Shown piece by piece: positions 30,625-39,324 of a DNA stretch of 64,000 nt. The stretch's first letter is position 1. Each line of letters starts with the position of its first letter. The translations under genes were made by a program, and so were the position numbers. Under the pieces are notes generated by a model. That model was not told the DNA's origin. It ran no database searches and saw only the letters and a program-made list of their open reading frames with translations. The stretch comes from an uncultured Planctomycetota bacterium (GTDB lineage Bacteria; Planctomycetota; Planctomycetia; Isosphaerales; Isosphaeraceae): assembly GCA_963737655.1 (NCBI GenBank), contig CAVTTN010000002.1, positions 1,344,001 to 1,408,000 of the forward strand, given 5' to 3'.

Positions 30625-31176
30625 TCAGTTGAAGGTCGGGTCGGGCGGGATCTCGCGGATCCCGAAGAACTCGGAGAGCTTCCGGGCGTTGGCCTGCTTC
30701 ACGACGGCTTCCCAGAGGTCGTCGTCCCGGCCGAAGACGTGGGCGACATCGGCGGGCAGGGCGAGCCAGGAATCGCGATCGAACTCCCCTTCGAGCTGGC
30801 CGGGGCCCCATCCCGAGTAGTTCACCACGAACAGCGAGGGCTCGGCCTTCCGGGTGAGCAGCTCCTGGGCCTTGGGGGCGTCGAGCGTGAGGAAGACGCC
30901 GGGGAGGATCTCGCGATCGGCGAGGTCGGGCTCGGAGTGGAGGACCATCAGCGGCCCCGGGACCGGCCCGCCGAGGCTCAGCGGCTTGTCCCAGACGAAG
31001 TCCTCGTCCATGACCTTGCCGGCGAGGTCCGTGGCCGTGGCCTCGGTCGGCCGGTTGAGGATCACGCCCATCGCCCCGTCCTCGTCGTGGTCGATCATGA
31101 GGATCACGCTCCTCGAAAAGATCGGCGACATCAGGTCGGGCATGGCGATCAGCAAATGGCCTTCCAATGTCTTCAT
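30625..31176 (-). CDS. YqgE/AlgH (DUF179) family protein
   Basis: GHLLIAMP, FSRSVILM, GAMGVILNRP, GGPV, YSGWGPGQLEGE. Confidence 0.93.
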   Translation of the reverse strand: MKTLEGHLLIAMPDLMSPIFSRSVILMIDHDEDGAMGVILNRPTEATATDLAGKVMDEDFVWDKPLSLGGPVPGPLMVLHSEPDLADREILPGVFLTLDAPKAQELLTRKAEPSLFVVNYSGWGPGQLEGEFDRDSWLALPADVAHVFGRDDDLWEAVVKQANARKLSEFFGIREIPPDPTFN

Positions 31177-31393
31177 GCGAGCCTCTGTCCGGTGCGCGAA
31201 ATGCACCAAGAGAACGCGGGCGAAGCCCGCCACTTCGTCCTCCGCCCCGCACTCATCGCCCCGCACTCCGAGGCGCTCTCGGGCCTTCCGCCCCGCTCAG
31301 CCCTGGCAATCCTCGGGCCGATCGCGTTCATTGTAAGGCTCGGGGCGGTCCGGAGGGAGGGCCGAGGTCCTGGGGTCCTGGTCGGGGGCGGCG

Positions 31394-31825
31394 ATGGCGA
31401 TGGCGATGAGGCAATCGGACGCGGTGGAGGTCAAGCGGGTCGCGGGCAAGGGCCGCGGGGTGTTCGCCCGGAGGGCGATCCCCCGGGGCGAGGTCTTCGA
31501 GACCTGCCCGGTCCTGGTCCTGCCCGAGGGCGCCCTGGGCGACGAAGACTCGATCCTCTGGACCTACGGCTTCGCCTGGGGCCGCGGCCGGGTCGCCCTG
31601 GCCCTGGGCTATGGGTCCCTTTACAACCACTCGTACAGGCCCAACGCCCGGTACGATGACATCGGCCCCCAGGCCAAGGCGTTCTCCGCGATCCGGGACA
31701 TCGAGCCGGGCGAGGAGATCACCGTCAACTACAACGGCGAGCCCCGGCGCAAGGCGAAGGTCTGGTTCGATGTCGTCGAGGCGGGCGCCGAACGTCCGAA
31801 ACGGCTCACCACGGCCTCCGAATAG
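31394..31825 (+). CDS. SET domain protein-lysine methyltransferase
   Basis: GKGRGVFA, YNHSYRPNA, GEEITVNY. Confidence 0.92.
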   Translation: MAMAMRQSDAVEVKRVAGKGRGVFARRAIPRGEVFETCPVLVLPEGALGDEDSILWTYGFAWGRGRVALALGYGSLYNHSYRPNARYDDIGPQAKAFSAIRDIEPGEEITVNYNGEPRRKAKVWFDVVEAGAERPKRLTTASE

Positions 31826-31864
31826 CGAGGTTTCGCGACCCCACGACCCCGAGGACGACCCCCG

Positions 31865-32206
31865 ATGGCGGACGACAATCGAGCCGTGGCCGAGCGCCTG
31901 GAGGCCCTGAAGAAAGCGGCCGTCGAGGTCCTCAGCGCGATCGAAAGACTCAGGACCGAGGACGCCGAATCGGCCCGAGGGGGGCTGCTCGCGATCGCCG
32001 AGATCGCCGATCCGCCCGGACCGCTCGCCACGATCCCCGTCCCGTTCGACCGCCCCAAGACCAGGACGCCGATGCAGGTGGCGAAGGCCGTGGGCGACGA
32101 GATCGACGCGATCCTCGAGGCCGTCGGAGGGCCGGGCGCGGCCTCCGAGCACTCGGGATGGATCGACTCGGTCAAGACCGCGTCGTTGTGGTTCTGCGAG
32201 TTCTAG
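31865..32206 (+). CDS. Hypothetical protein
   Basis: 113-aa ORF with plausible composition filling the gap between convergent genes. Confidence 0.5.
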   Translation: MADDNRAVAERLEALKKAAVEVLSAIERLRTEDAESARGGLLAIAEIADPPGPLATIPVPFDRPKTRTPMQVAKAVGDEIDAILEAVGGPGAASEHSGWIDSVKTASLWFCEF

Positions 32207-32224
32207 GACGGGAGGGGACCGGCC

Positions 32225-33052
32225 TCAGACCCACATCTCCTCCAGGATCGCGTTGATCCCGCTGCGGTCGAACGCCTCCGGGTCGAAGAACCCGCCCGAC
32301 CATTCCATCATGTCCTGGTGCTGAGGGTGATCGGGGTTGGCGATGGCATCGAGGAAGTCGAGATAGCCCCAGGGGCCGCCGACGTCCTCGGGCGGGCAGG
32401 CCCTCTTGCCGGCGAGGCATTCGGGATGCTTCGGCCCCTGGCCGGGCGGGAGGACCTTCTCGACCAGGATCTCGTGCTCCCAGTTGTCGCCGAAGTCGTA
32501 GGTGTAGAAGATCTTCGACCCCTTCCCGGTGACCACGGCGCTCAGGGGGACGAGGCTGGCGTCCTCCATGTCGAGTTCGGCGGCGCCCATCGCGTCGGTG
32601 TAGTCCTGGCCGTCGGCCTCGAACGAATACAGGTGGCCGTCTTCCCACCCCATCGCCTCCTGGAGGATCTGGTGGAGGAGGCTCAGGGAGCAATCGGGGA
32701 CGACCAGTCGCCTCCAGATCGGCGGCCGGATGCCTCGGAGAGTGACCTTGATCTGATACGCCGTTCCCGAGACCCCGGGCGGTCGCTTCGTCTTCGCCTC
32801 GGCCTCCCTCGCGGCGTTCCAGAGCGCCTCGGCGGGAGACCCCGGCTCCGGCAACCACTGCCAGACGGTCCGGATCCCCATCTTCGAGCGCACCTGATAG
32901 AACAGGGCCGAGCTGATCTGCCCCGGATGACCGGCCTTCGCCCACCGGCGGTTGATCGCGTCGAGTTCGAGGCTCGAGTCCTTGCCCAGGGCCTTGCGGA
33001 GGAAGTCGGTCTTCGTCACCTTCTTCTTCGTCTCGGCCTTCTTCTTCGCCAA
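32225..33052 (-). CDS. Plasmid pRiA4b ORF-3 family protein with basic N-terminal domain
   Basis: YQIKVTLRGIRPPIWRR, LHQILQEAMGWEDGHLYSF, YTYDFGDNWEH, ACPPEDVGGPWGY. Confidence 0.92.
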   Translation of the reverse strand: MAKKKAETKKKVTKTDFLRKALGKDSSLELDAINRRWAKAGHPGQISSALFYQVRSKMGIRTVWQWLPEPGSPAEALWNAAREAEAKTKRPPGVSGTAYQIKVTLRGIRPPIWRRLVVPDCSLSLLHQILQEAMGWEDGHLYSFEADGQDYTDAMGAAELDMEDASLVPLSAVVTGKGSKIFYTYDFGDNWEHEILVEKVLPPGQGPKHPECLAGKRACPPEDVGGPWGYLDFLDAIANPDHPQHQDMMEWSGGFFDPEAFDRSGINAILEEMWV

Positions 33053-33222
33053 GATCCACCCCCGCCCCTCTCTCGGGGCCGGACCGAGACCGGATCGTCC
33101 TGGCGAGCCCGGAGGCCGCCGATCCCGCCATATCCTGACGATTCGAAGGCCGATTGGGAAGGGCGTCGCGGGGCCAGCTCAGCGCCGGTGTCTCCTCCAG
33201 GGCCGGGGTTGGGAATTCCTGG

Positions 33223-33849
33223 CTAGCGAGCGGCCGGAGGGTTCCTCGGCGTCCAGGAGAGCTCTCGGCGGTGGGGGCATTTGCATCGCCAGAGGCCGGC
33301 TTTCGGTCGCTTGACGCGGAGGTGGACGGTCCCGCAGCCCGAGCATCGCGCCTCCCAGTTGGCGGCGCTCTCGACGCTCGGCGGCACGTCGGGCTTCCTT
33401 GCCGGGTCGCCGTGGAACTCGAAGGTGATCGGCGATCGGGCCGGGCATCGGCAGAGGTAGCGGGCGCCGGTCTGGGGCCTCCGGTAGCGGTGGTAGGTCT
33501 TGCCGCAGGCCGGGCAGGTGGCCTGCCAGTCTCCGGGCTGGAGGGCCACCTCGGGCGAACTCTCGCAGGCCCGAGGGGTGGCGCCGAGGCGGACGGCCAC
33601 CGCCTTCCACTTCGGGCCGTGGCGGGCGGAGGCGCCGGCCAGGGCGTGGGCGATCTCGTGGCGGAGGGTGTCGAGGACCGTCTCCTCGGGGCTGTTCCTC
33701 GCGTAGAACTCGGCAATCTCGATCCGTTTCGATCGATATTTGCACGCGCCAAGCTGCCTCTTGGCGTCGGTCAGGGCGAACGTCCAGCCGGTCAGGCCGT
33801 GGGCCTTCATCTCTCGGAGGGCGGTGGCCCGGAGTTCGTTCAGGTCCAT
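33223..33849 (-). CDS. SprT-like zinc metalloprotease with two C-terminal Zn ribbons
   Basis: LGACKY, HEIAHA, HGPKWK; CPAC...CRC and CSGC...CKC. Confidence 0.88.
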   Translation of the reverse strand: MDLNELRATALREMKAHGLTGWTFALTDAKRQLGACKYRSKRIEIAEFYARNSPEETVLDTLRHEIAHALAGASARHGPKWKAVAVRLGATPRACESSPEVALQPGDWQATCPACGKTYHRYRRPQTGARYLCRCPARSPITFEFHGDPARKPDVPPSVESAANWEARCSGCGTVHLRVKRPKAGLWRCKCPHRRELSWTPRNPPAAR

Positions 33850-34307
33850 CGGTCGGCCTCGCAGGCGCGCAACATCGCCTCCAGGGGGGCCGGGTCGGCC
33901 AGGCGGTGGTCGGAGCCGATTTCGATCAGGGCCGCCGGCGGCAGGCCGCTCCGGCGGATCAGGTCTTCCGAGTCGGCGAACGGGATCACGTCGTCGGCCC
34001 GGCTGTGGAGGATCGCGGTGCCGGGCTTGACGGTCGAAACGCTGCCCCATCGCTTCCAGGCCGGGCAGAGCAGGACGAGCCGGGAGTCGCCGACGCGGAG
34101 GTTCAGCGCCACGGCCCCGCCCCGGGACGACCCCACGACGACCCGGGGCCGATGGGCGTCGAACTCCGCCTGGGCCGAGGCCACGGCGGCGGCGAAATCG
34201 TCGTCGTCCAGGGCCGGGTTGAGGACGAGGTGGCCGTTCCGGGCGAGGTGCGAGGGCTTCACGCCCCCCGGGACCGAATGCCAGCCGTGGAGGAAGAGGA
34301 TCGTCAT
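33840..34307 (-). CDS. Small alpha/beta hydrolase
   Basis: FLHGW, GSSRGG, HSRADDVIP, DHRL. Confidence 0.88.
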   Translation of the reverse strand: MTILFLHGWHSVPGGVKPSHLARNGHLVLNPALDDDDFAAAVASAQAEFDAHRPRVVVGSSRGGAVALNLRVGDSRLVLLCPAWKRWGSVSTVKPGTAILHSRADDVIPFADSEDLIRRSGLPPAALIEIGSDHRLADPAPLEAMLRACEADRWT

Positions 34308-34409
34308 CGCGGCCCGGCCCCGGCGCCCCGCTTTGGCTGGTCTCGGGGCTCGACCGTTCCATTCTGTCCCCGGGATCTGGCCGGGACAAGGGCGATGGGG
34401 TCGGTCCGG

Positions 34410-37343
34410 TCAGGGGCCGGCGAGGGCCTCTCCGACGATCGCCCGGTCGAGGTCGGCCCAGAAGGCTCGCCAGGGGGCGCGTTCGTCCTCGGCCAGGGTG
34501 TCCCGGGCCCTGGGCTCGCGGTAGGCGGCGAGGTCCGGGTCCGTCTTGAGGGATCGGAGGGCTTCGAGGGCCTTGCGGTCGTCCTCGGGGCGGACCGGGC
34601 CGACCGTGGCGGTCCGGGCCCGAAGTTCGTCGCGGAGCCAGCCGAGGGCGAGACCTCGGCAGTCTCGGCGGGCCTGGGGGGAGGGGGGCGGGTCGTCCTT
34701 GCCTCGGCCCAGGCCCGCTCTCGCGGCGCGCCGGGCGGCGGCCGTGCGGTGACCGGGGCCGAGCGCCTCCAGGTTCCTCGGATCGGCCGACTCGGCCTCG
34801 GCGTAGAACCGCGAGGCGAAGGCGTCCCAGCCGTGGTCCCAGCAGTACCAGACGAACTCCACCCGCTCGGCGTTGTCGCGAGGCGGGGATTCGCCGCGGA
34901 TCGCCGCGAGGCAGCGGGCGAGGCCCTCGGCCTGGCGGAGGGCCTCCTTGACGACCGGCCCTTCGGAGTGCCCGGAGGGGACGAGCCGGAGGGCTTCCTT
35001 CAACGACGCGATCGCCCCGGGGGCGTCCGCCCGGCGGAGGCGGACCACGCCCAGGTCGTGCCAGATGGAGAACTGAGCCGGCCAGATCCGCGACGCCCCG
35101 AGCAGCTCGGCCTCGGCCTCGGCCAGATAACCCCCCTCGGCGAGGCTGGCGCCCAGGGCCATTCGGAGCTGGTGGGCGCCCAGGGGCCGGGCCGAGACCG
35201 CCTTGCGGTAGCAGGCGATCGCGTCATCCCAGCGCCTCCGGGCGCCGAGGACGTTGCCGAGGTTGTAGTGGGCCAGGGCCGATCCGGGCTGGAGGCGGAT
35301 CGCCTCGCGGAGCTGGGCCTCGGCGGAATCCAGGTCGCCCAGGGCCTGGCGGAGAATCCCCAGGCGGGTCCGGGCGGTGGCCGATCCGGGCCTCAGCGCG
35401 ACGGCGGCCACGGCGAACGGCTCGGCGTCTCGGGGTCTGGGCGAGTCGAGCGAGAGGACCAGGGCGAGGTCCAGGTTGATCCAGAAGTCCTCCGGGTGGG
35501 CCTTCCAGGCGCGGGCCAGGGCGGTCCGGCAGTCGTCGAACCGCCCGGCCCAGATCAGCATTCGTCCGAGGAGCCAGAGGCTGGAGGCGGGGCGGGTCTC
35601 CAGGTCGTTGGCCGAGGCGAGCCGGGCGACGGCCTGGCGGTCTCCGGCTTCCAGGGCGTCCCTCAGGGCGTCTCGCCACGGGTCGGGGTCGGCGGCCCGG
35701 GCGGCGGCCAGGGGGGGTCCCCACGACGGACCGGAGGCGGGATTCCCGTCGGACCGGCGGTCTCGGCGGACGATCGCCCAGCAGTCCAGGGCCGCCACGA
35801 TGGCTCGGGCCACGTCGCGAGGCCGCCCCGCCACGACCCGGCCGATCGTCTCGCCCCGGCTGACGTCCAGCCCGGCCTCGCGGAACGCGGAGTCGAACGA
35901 GGCCTCGGCGTCGGTCAGGTCGCGCTCATCGACGAGGGAGCGGGCGGCCTCCAGGCGATCGAGGAGCCTCGCGTCGGACTCGGCCAGGGCGAGCCCCGAC
36001 TCGACCCGCCTGGTCAGGGCCTCCAGGCGCGATCGCGAGATGAGGTCGGAGGAGCCGGCCAGAGGGGCCGCCAGGCGACCCAGGGCGTCCCGGGCGGCCC
36101 TCCACGGGGCGGGATCGCCGCTGGGGTCGCCGGCGGCCGAATCGCTGAGGAGCTCGACCTCCTTCATCGCCGCCCGGGCCCTCTCGCGGAGGTCCTGGCG
36201 ATGGCGGGCGACCACGGCCAGCCCGAACCCGCCGACGGCCGCGAGGGCCACGAGCGAGGTGGCCAGGGCCACGGCCAGCCGTCGGCGGGTCTTCTCCTCG
36301 GCGGCTCGGGCCCGGGCCGAGGCCGCGTCGAGCTCGGCCCGCCGGAGCCGTTCCCCCACGCCGTCGAGATGGGCCGTCAGCCGGTCGGCCACCTCCTGGG
36401 CGTCCCGGGGCCGGGCCCCGGGGTCGGCGGACAGGCATCGCCGGGTCAAGTCGGCGAGCTCCGGGTCGATCGGACTCGATTCCAGGCGGGCCAGGGCCTC
36501 GGAGAGGTCCGCCGCCTCGCACCTCTGGCGGACCTCCTCGGGCGTCGGCGCGTGGAAGGGCGGCTGGCCGGTCAGGATCTCGCAGAGGATCGCGCCGAGG
36601 CTGAAGACGTCGGCCCTCTCGTCGGCCCGGCCCTGCCCTCGGACCAGGTCCGGCGAGAGGTAGCCGGGCGTCCCCCGGACCGGACCGGCGTTCCCGGCGC
36701 CGTCGAGGACCTCGGCCAGCCCCCAATCCATCACGAGGACCTCGCCATACTGGCCGACCATCACGTTGGACGGCGTGAGGTCGCGGTGGACCACGCCTCG
36801 GCCGTGGGCGTAGGCGACCGTCCGGCAGACCTGGAGGAACAGGCCGAGCAGCCGGGGCAGGTCGCGGCCGTCCCCGGGGCGGCCGTCCAGGATCGCGGCG
36901 AGCGTCCGGCCCCGGACCAGCCTCATGGCGAAGAACGGGCGGCCGTCGTCCAGGGTGCCCATCCCGTGGACCGAGACGATCCCGGGATGTTCCAGACGCC
37001 CGCAGATCCGGGCTTCCTCGAGGAACCGGGCGACCATCTCGGGTCGGTCTCGGTGCTTCTCCAGGAGCACCTTGACGGCGACGTCCCGGCCGAGGGCCGG
37101 GTCGTGGCCTCGGAGGATCACGCCCATCCCGCCCCGGGCGATCTCGTCGCGGAGGAGCAGGGCCTCGCCGACGGGAGGGTCGAGGTGGACCGGGACGGTC
37201 GCGACGCCGAGGGGCCCCGGAGGGCCGCCGAGGAACGTCTCGTCCCCCAGGCCGATCCTCAGGAGACACCGCGGGCACATCCCGCCGGGCGAGCCCTCGG
37301 GGCGGGGCGATCCGCAGGTCGGGCAGGGGTTCGGCTCGCGCAT
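34410..37343 (-). CDS. Ser/Thr protein kinase with N-terminal Zn ribbon, transmembrane helix and TPR repeats
   Basis: CPTC...CPRC; EIARGGMG, AVKVL, HRDLTPSN, DWGLA; AHYNLGNVL TPRs. Confidence 0.9.
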   Translation of the reverse strand: MREPNPCPTCGSPRPEGSPGGMCPRCLLRIGLGDETFLGGPPGPLGVATVPVHLDPPVGEALLLRDEIARGGMGVILRGHDPALGRDVAVKVLLEKHRDRPEMVARFLEEARICGRLEHPGIVSVHGMGTLDDGRPFFAMRLVRGRTLAAILDGRPGDGRDLPRLLGLFLQVCRTVAYAHGRGVVHRDLTPSNVMVGQYGEVLVMDWGLAEVLDGAGNAGPVRGTPGYLSPDLVRGQGRADERADVFSLGAILCEILTGQPPFHAPTPEEVRQRCEAADLSEALARLESSPIDPELADLTRRCLSADPGARPRDAQEVADRLTAHLDGVGERLRRAELDAASARARAAEEKTRRRLAVALATSLVALAAVGGFGLAVVARHRQDLRERARAAMKEVELLSDSAAGDPSGDPAPWRAARDALGRLAAPLAGSSDLISRSRLEALTRRVESGLALAESDARLLDRLEAARSLVDERDLTDAEASFDSAFREAGLDVSRGETIGRVVAGRPRDVARAIVAALDCWAIVRRDRRSDGNPASGPSWGPPLAAARAADPDPWRDALRDALEAGDRQAVARLASANDLETRPASSLWLLGRMLIWAGRFDDCRTALARAWKAHPEDFWINLDLALVLSLDSPRPRDAEPFAVAAVALRPGSATARTRLGILRQALGDLDSAEAQLREAIRLQPGSALAHYNLGNVLGARRRWDDAIACYRKAVSARPLGAHQLRMALGASLAEGGYLAEAEAELLGASRIWPAQFSIWHDLGVVRLRRADAPGAIASLKEALRLVPSGHSEGPVVKEALRQAEGLARCLAAIRGESPPRDNAERVEFVWYCWDHGWDAFASRFYAEAESADPRNLEALGPGHRTAAARRAARAGLGRGKDDPPPSPQARRDCRGLALGWLRDELRARTATVGPVRPEDDRKALEALRSLKTDPDLAAYREPRARDTLAEDERAPWRAFWADLDRAIVGEALAGP

Positions 37344-37443
37344 CGGGGCCTCATCGGCGGGGGCCGATCGAATCGAACGAATGGCCCCTGCCCCATCGGT
37401 AAGGTGTCCCCGGCCGGACCTGACGAGGCGACATCCAGGCGGC

Positions 37444-38172
37444 TCAGACGGCCAGGGCCGTGAACAGGTCGCGGATCTCGTCGTCGATCTCGGCCTCATC
37501 GACCCGCCCGCCGTCTCCGGGGTCGAGCGTGGCGGCGACCTCCTCGCGGAGGGCCGCCCGGTAGCGGCGGCGGAGCCGGACGACGGCCGCCTGGACGGCC
37601 GCCTCGGTCGTCCCGAGCTCGGCGGCGATCTCGGCATACGGGGCGGCGAGGCTCGCGTCGGTCAGCACCGGGCGGAGCCTCTCGAACAGAAGGCCCCGGC
37701 CCGCCTGCGCCTCCCCCCGGGCCAGCCGATCGACGGCCCGGCCCAGGAGGTCCAGGGCCCAGGCGCGATCGAACAGGGCCTCCGGGTCGAGACGGCCCGA
37801 GGGCTCCAGCCGATACCGCCGGTCGGCGTCCTTGACGTCAAACCGCAAGACCCCGGGCGCCTTCCTCTTCTTCGCCTGCCGACGGTCGCGCTGGTCGGCC
37901 AGGAAGAAGACGCAATCGGTCCTCAGAAGGGAGCGAAACCGCCCCTTGGCCCGGTCGGCCGCGCGGAGGAGCCGGCCTCCGAGGAGCCTGAGGAAATACT
38001 CCTGGGTGAGGTCGGCCGCGTCGTCGGCCGGATAGCCCCGGGACCGGATGAACGAATAGATCGGATACCAGTAGGCCCGGCAGAGGGTCGCCTGGGCCTC
38101 GGGCGCCCCGGGCGAGGCCGGGTCCGAAGCGTCGGAGACGCTCGCCCACTGGGTCGTCGGGAACACCGCCAT
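37444..38172 (-). CDS. ECF sigma-70 factor (kinase-associated PVC type)
   Basis: FPTTQW, LCRAYWYPIYSFIR, DLTQEYF, KGRFRSLL, PEALFDRAWA, YAEIAAELG. Confidence 0.92.
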   Translation of the reverse strand: MAVFPTTQWASVSDASDPASPGAPEAQATLCRAYWYPIYSFIRSRGYPADDAADLTQEYFLRLLGGRLLRAADRAKGRFRSLLRTDCVFFLADQRDRRQAKKRKAPGVLRFDVKDADRRYRLEPSGRLDPEALFDRAWALDLLGRAVDRLARGEAQAGRGLLFERLRPVLTDASLAAPYAEIAAELGTTEAAVQAAVVRLRRRYRAALREEVAATLDPGDGGRVDEAEIDDEIRDLFTALAV

Positions 38173-38476
38173 CGTCGGGCCTCCGCATCGGAGCCCCGGG
38201 CCGTCGCACGATCGCCGCGAGACGGAACCGGCCTTCGAGGTCGGAGCGCGAGGATAGCCGTCGGATCGCCGATTTGCCAGCGCCTTATGATAAAAAGTGA
38301 CATTTCCTAGCGCGGAGACCGCTGATTGACCGGGAACCGCGCCGAACTCGTTCCCTTTTGTCACCCCGTCCGGGCCAGGGCCCGCCCCCGTTCTCCGGGA
38401 CGAAGCCACCCCCCACCGAGAAGCCCCGAGGAGAATCCGGCCGAGGCCCACACCGGGCCAGACGGCTCCCCGGCGG

Positions 38477-39073
38477 TCAGGGCCCGCCCTCGCCCCCGGC
38501 CCCTTCCGCGGACTTCCGATTCCGGTACAGCGACGGATCGACGGCCTCGACCATCGCCGGGACGTCCGCCCGGCCTCCGAGAAACGCGCCGACCCTGGCC
38601 GCCTCCTCCTCGGGATGGTCGATCAGGTCGCTGTACTTGACGTTCAGGACGCGGAGATGGTCCTGCTCGGCCAGCCACGCCCGGAGCTTCTCCAGGTGCT
38701 GAACGAACGCCTTCTTGATCGGCTCCCTCGGGCCGGCGGGCCGGTTCAGCCGCGCCAGCATCTTCTCCTGGGAGACGAGCATCTCGTCGAGGTCTCGCTC
38801 CATGAAGATCACGAGATAGCGCTCGGATCGGGGCAGGTCGTAGAGGAGCTGGGAGACCATCTTGACGGCCTTGCCGCGCGTCTCGGGGACCCAGGCGGCG
38901 TCTTCCTTGATCTTCTTGACGCGTTCGAACTCGTAATATCCTCGGGGATTATCGACGTCGGCCTCGCGGATCACGTCCGTGACGGCCTCGATGCCGCCGC
39001 GGTCGAGCATCTGCATCATCAAGGACGTGCCCGATCGGGGGAGGCCGGAGACGACGATGATCTCGGGATTCAT
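38477..39073 (-). CDS. Sulfotransferase-family protein
   Basis: VSGLPRSGTSLMMQML PAPS loop, NPRGYYE. Confidence 0.88.
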   Translation of the reverse strand: MNPEIIVVSGLPRSGTSLMMQMLDRGGIEAVTDVIREADVDNPRGYYEFERVKKIKEDAAWVPETRGKAVKMVSQLLYDLPRSERYLVIFMERDLDEMLVSQEKMLARLNRPAGPREPIKKAFVQHLEKLRAWLAEQDHLRVLNVKYSDLIDHPEEEAARVGAFLGGRADVPAMVEAVDPSLYRNRKSAEGAGGEGGP

Positions 39074-39324
39074 GGGCGGGGGCTCTCGCCGATCCAGAAA
39101 GGGCCGTCACGTTCGAGGTCCGGCGATCCTATCCGATCCGCCGGCCCCCGCTCCAGAGCGGAAACCCCGGGTCTCAGGACCGTTTCCTCGGCCTCGCGAG
39201 CCAATCGAAAAAATCCTCGGAATTTCCTGGCAGAAGCCGGGCCATTTGGGGCATTTATTAAGGGAGGCGGGGCGGTCGGGAGGTCCTCCGATCGTCCGTC
39301 CCGGAGCCGGGAGGGGGGCGAACC

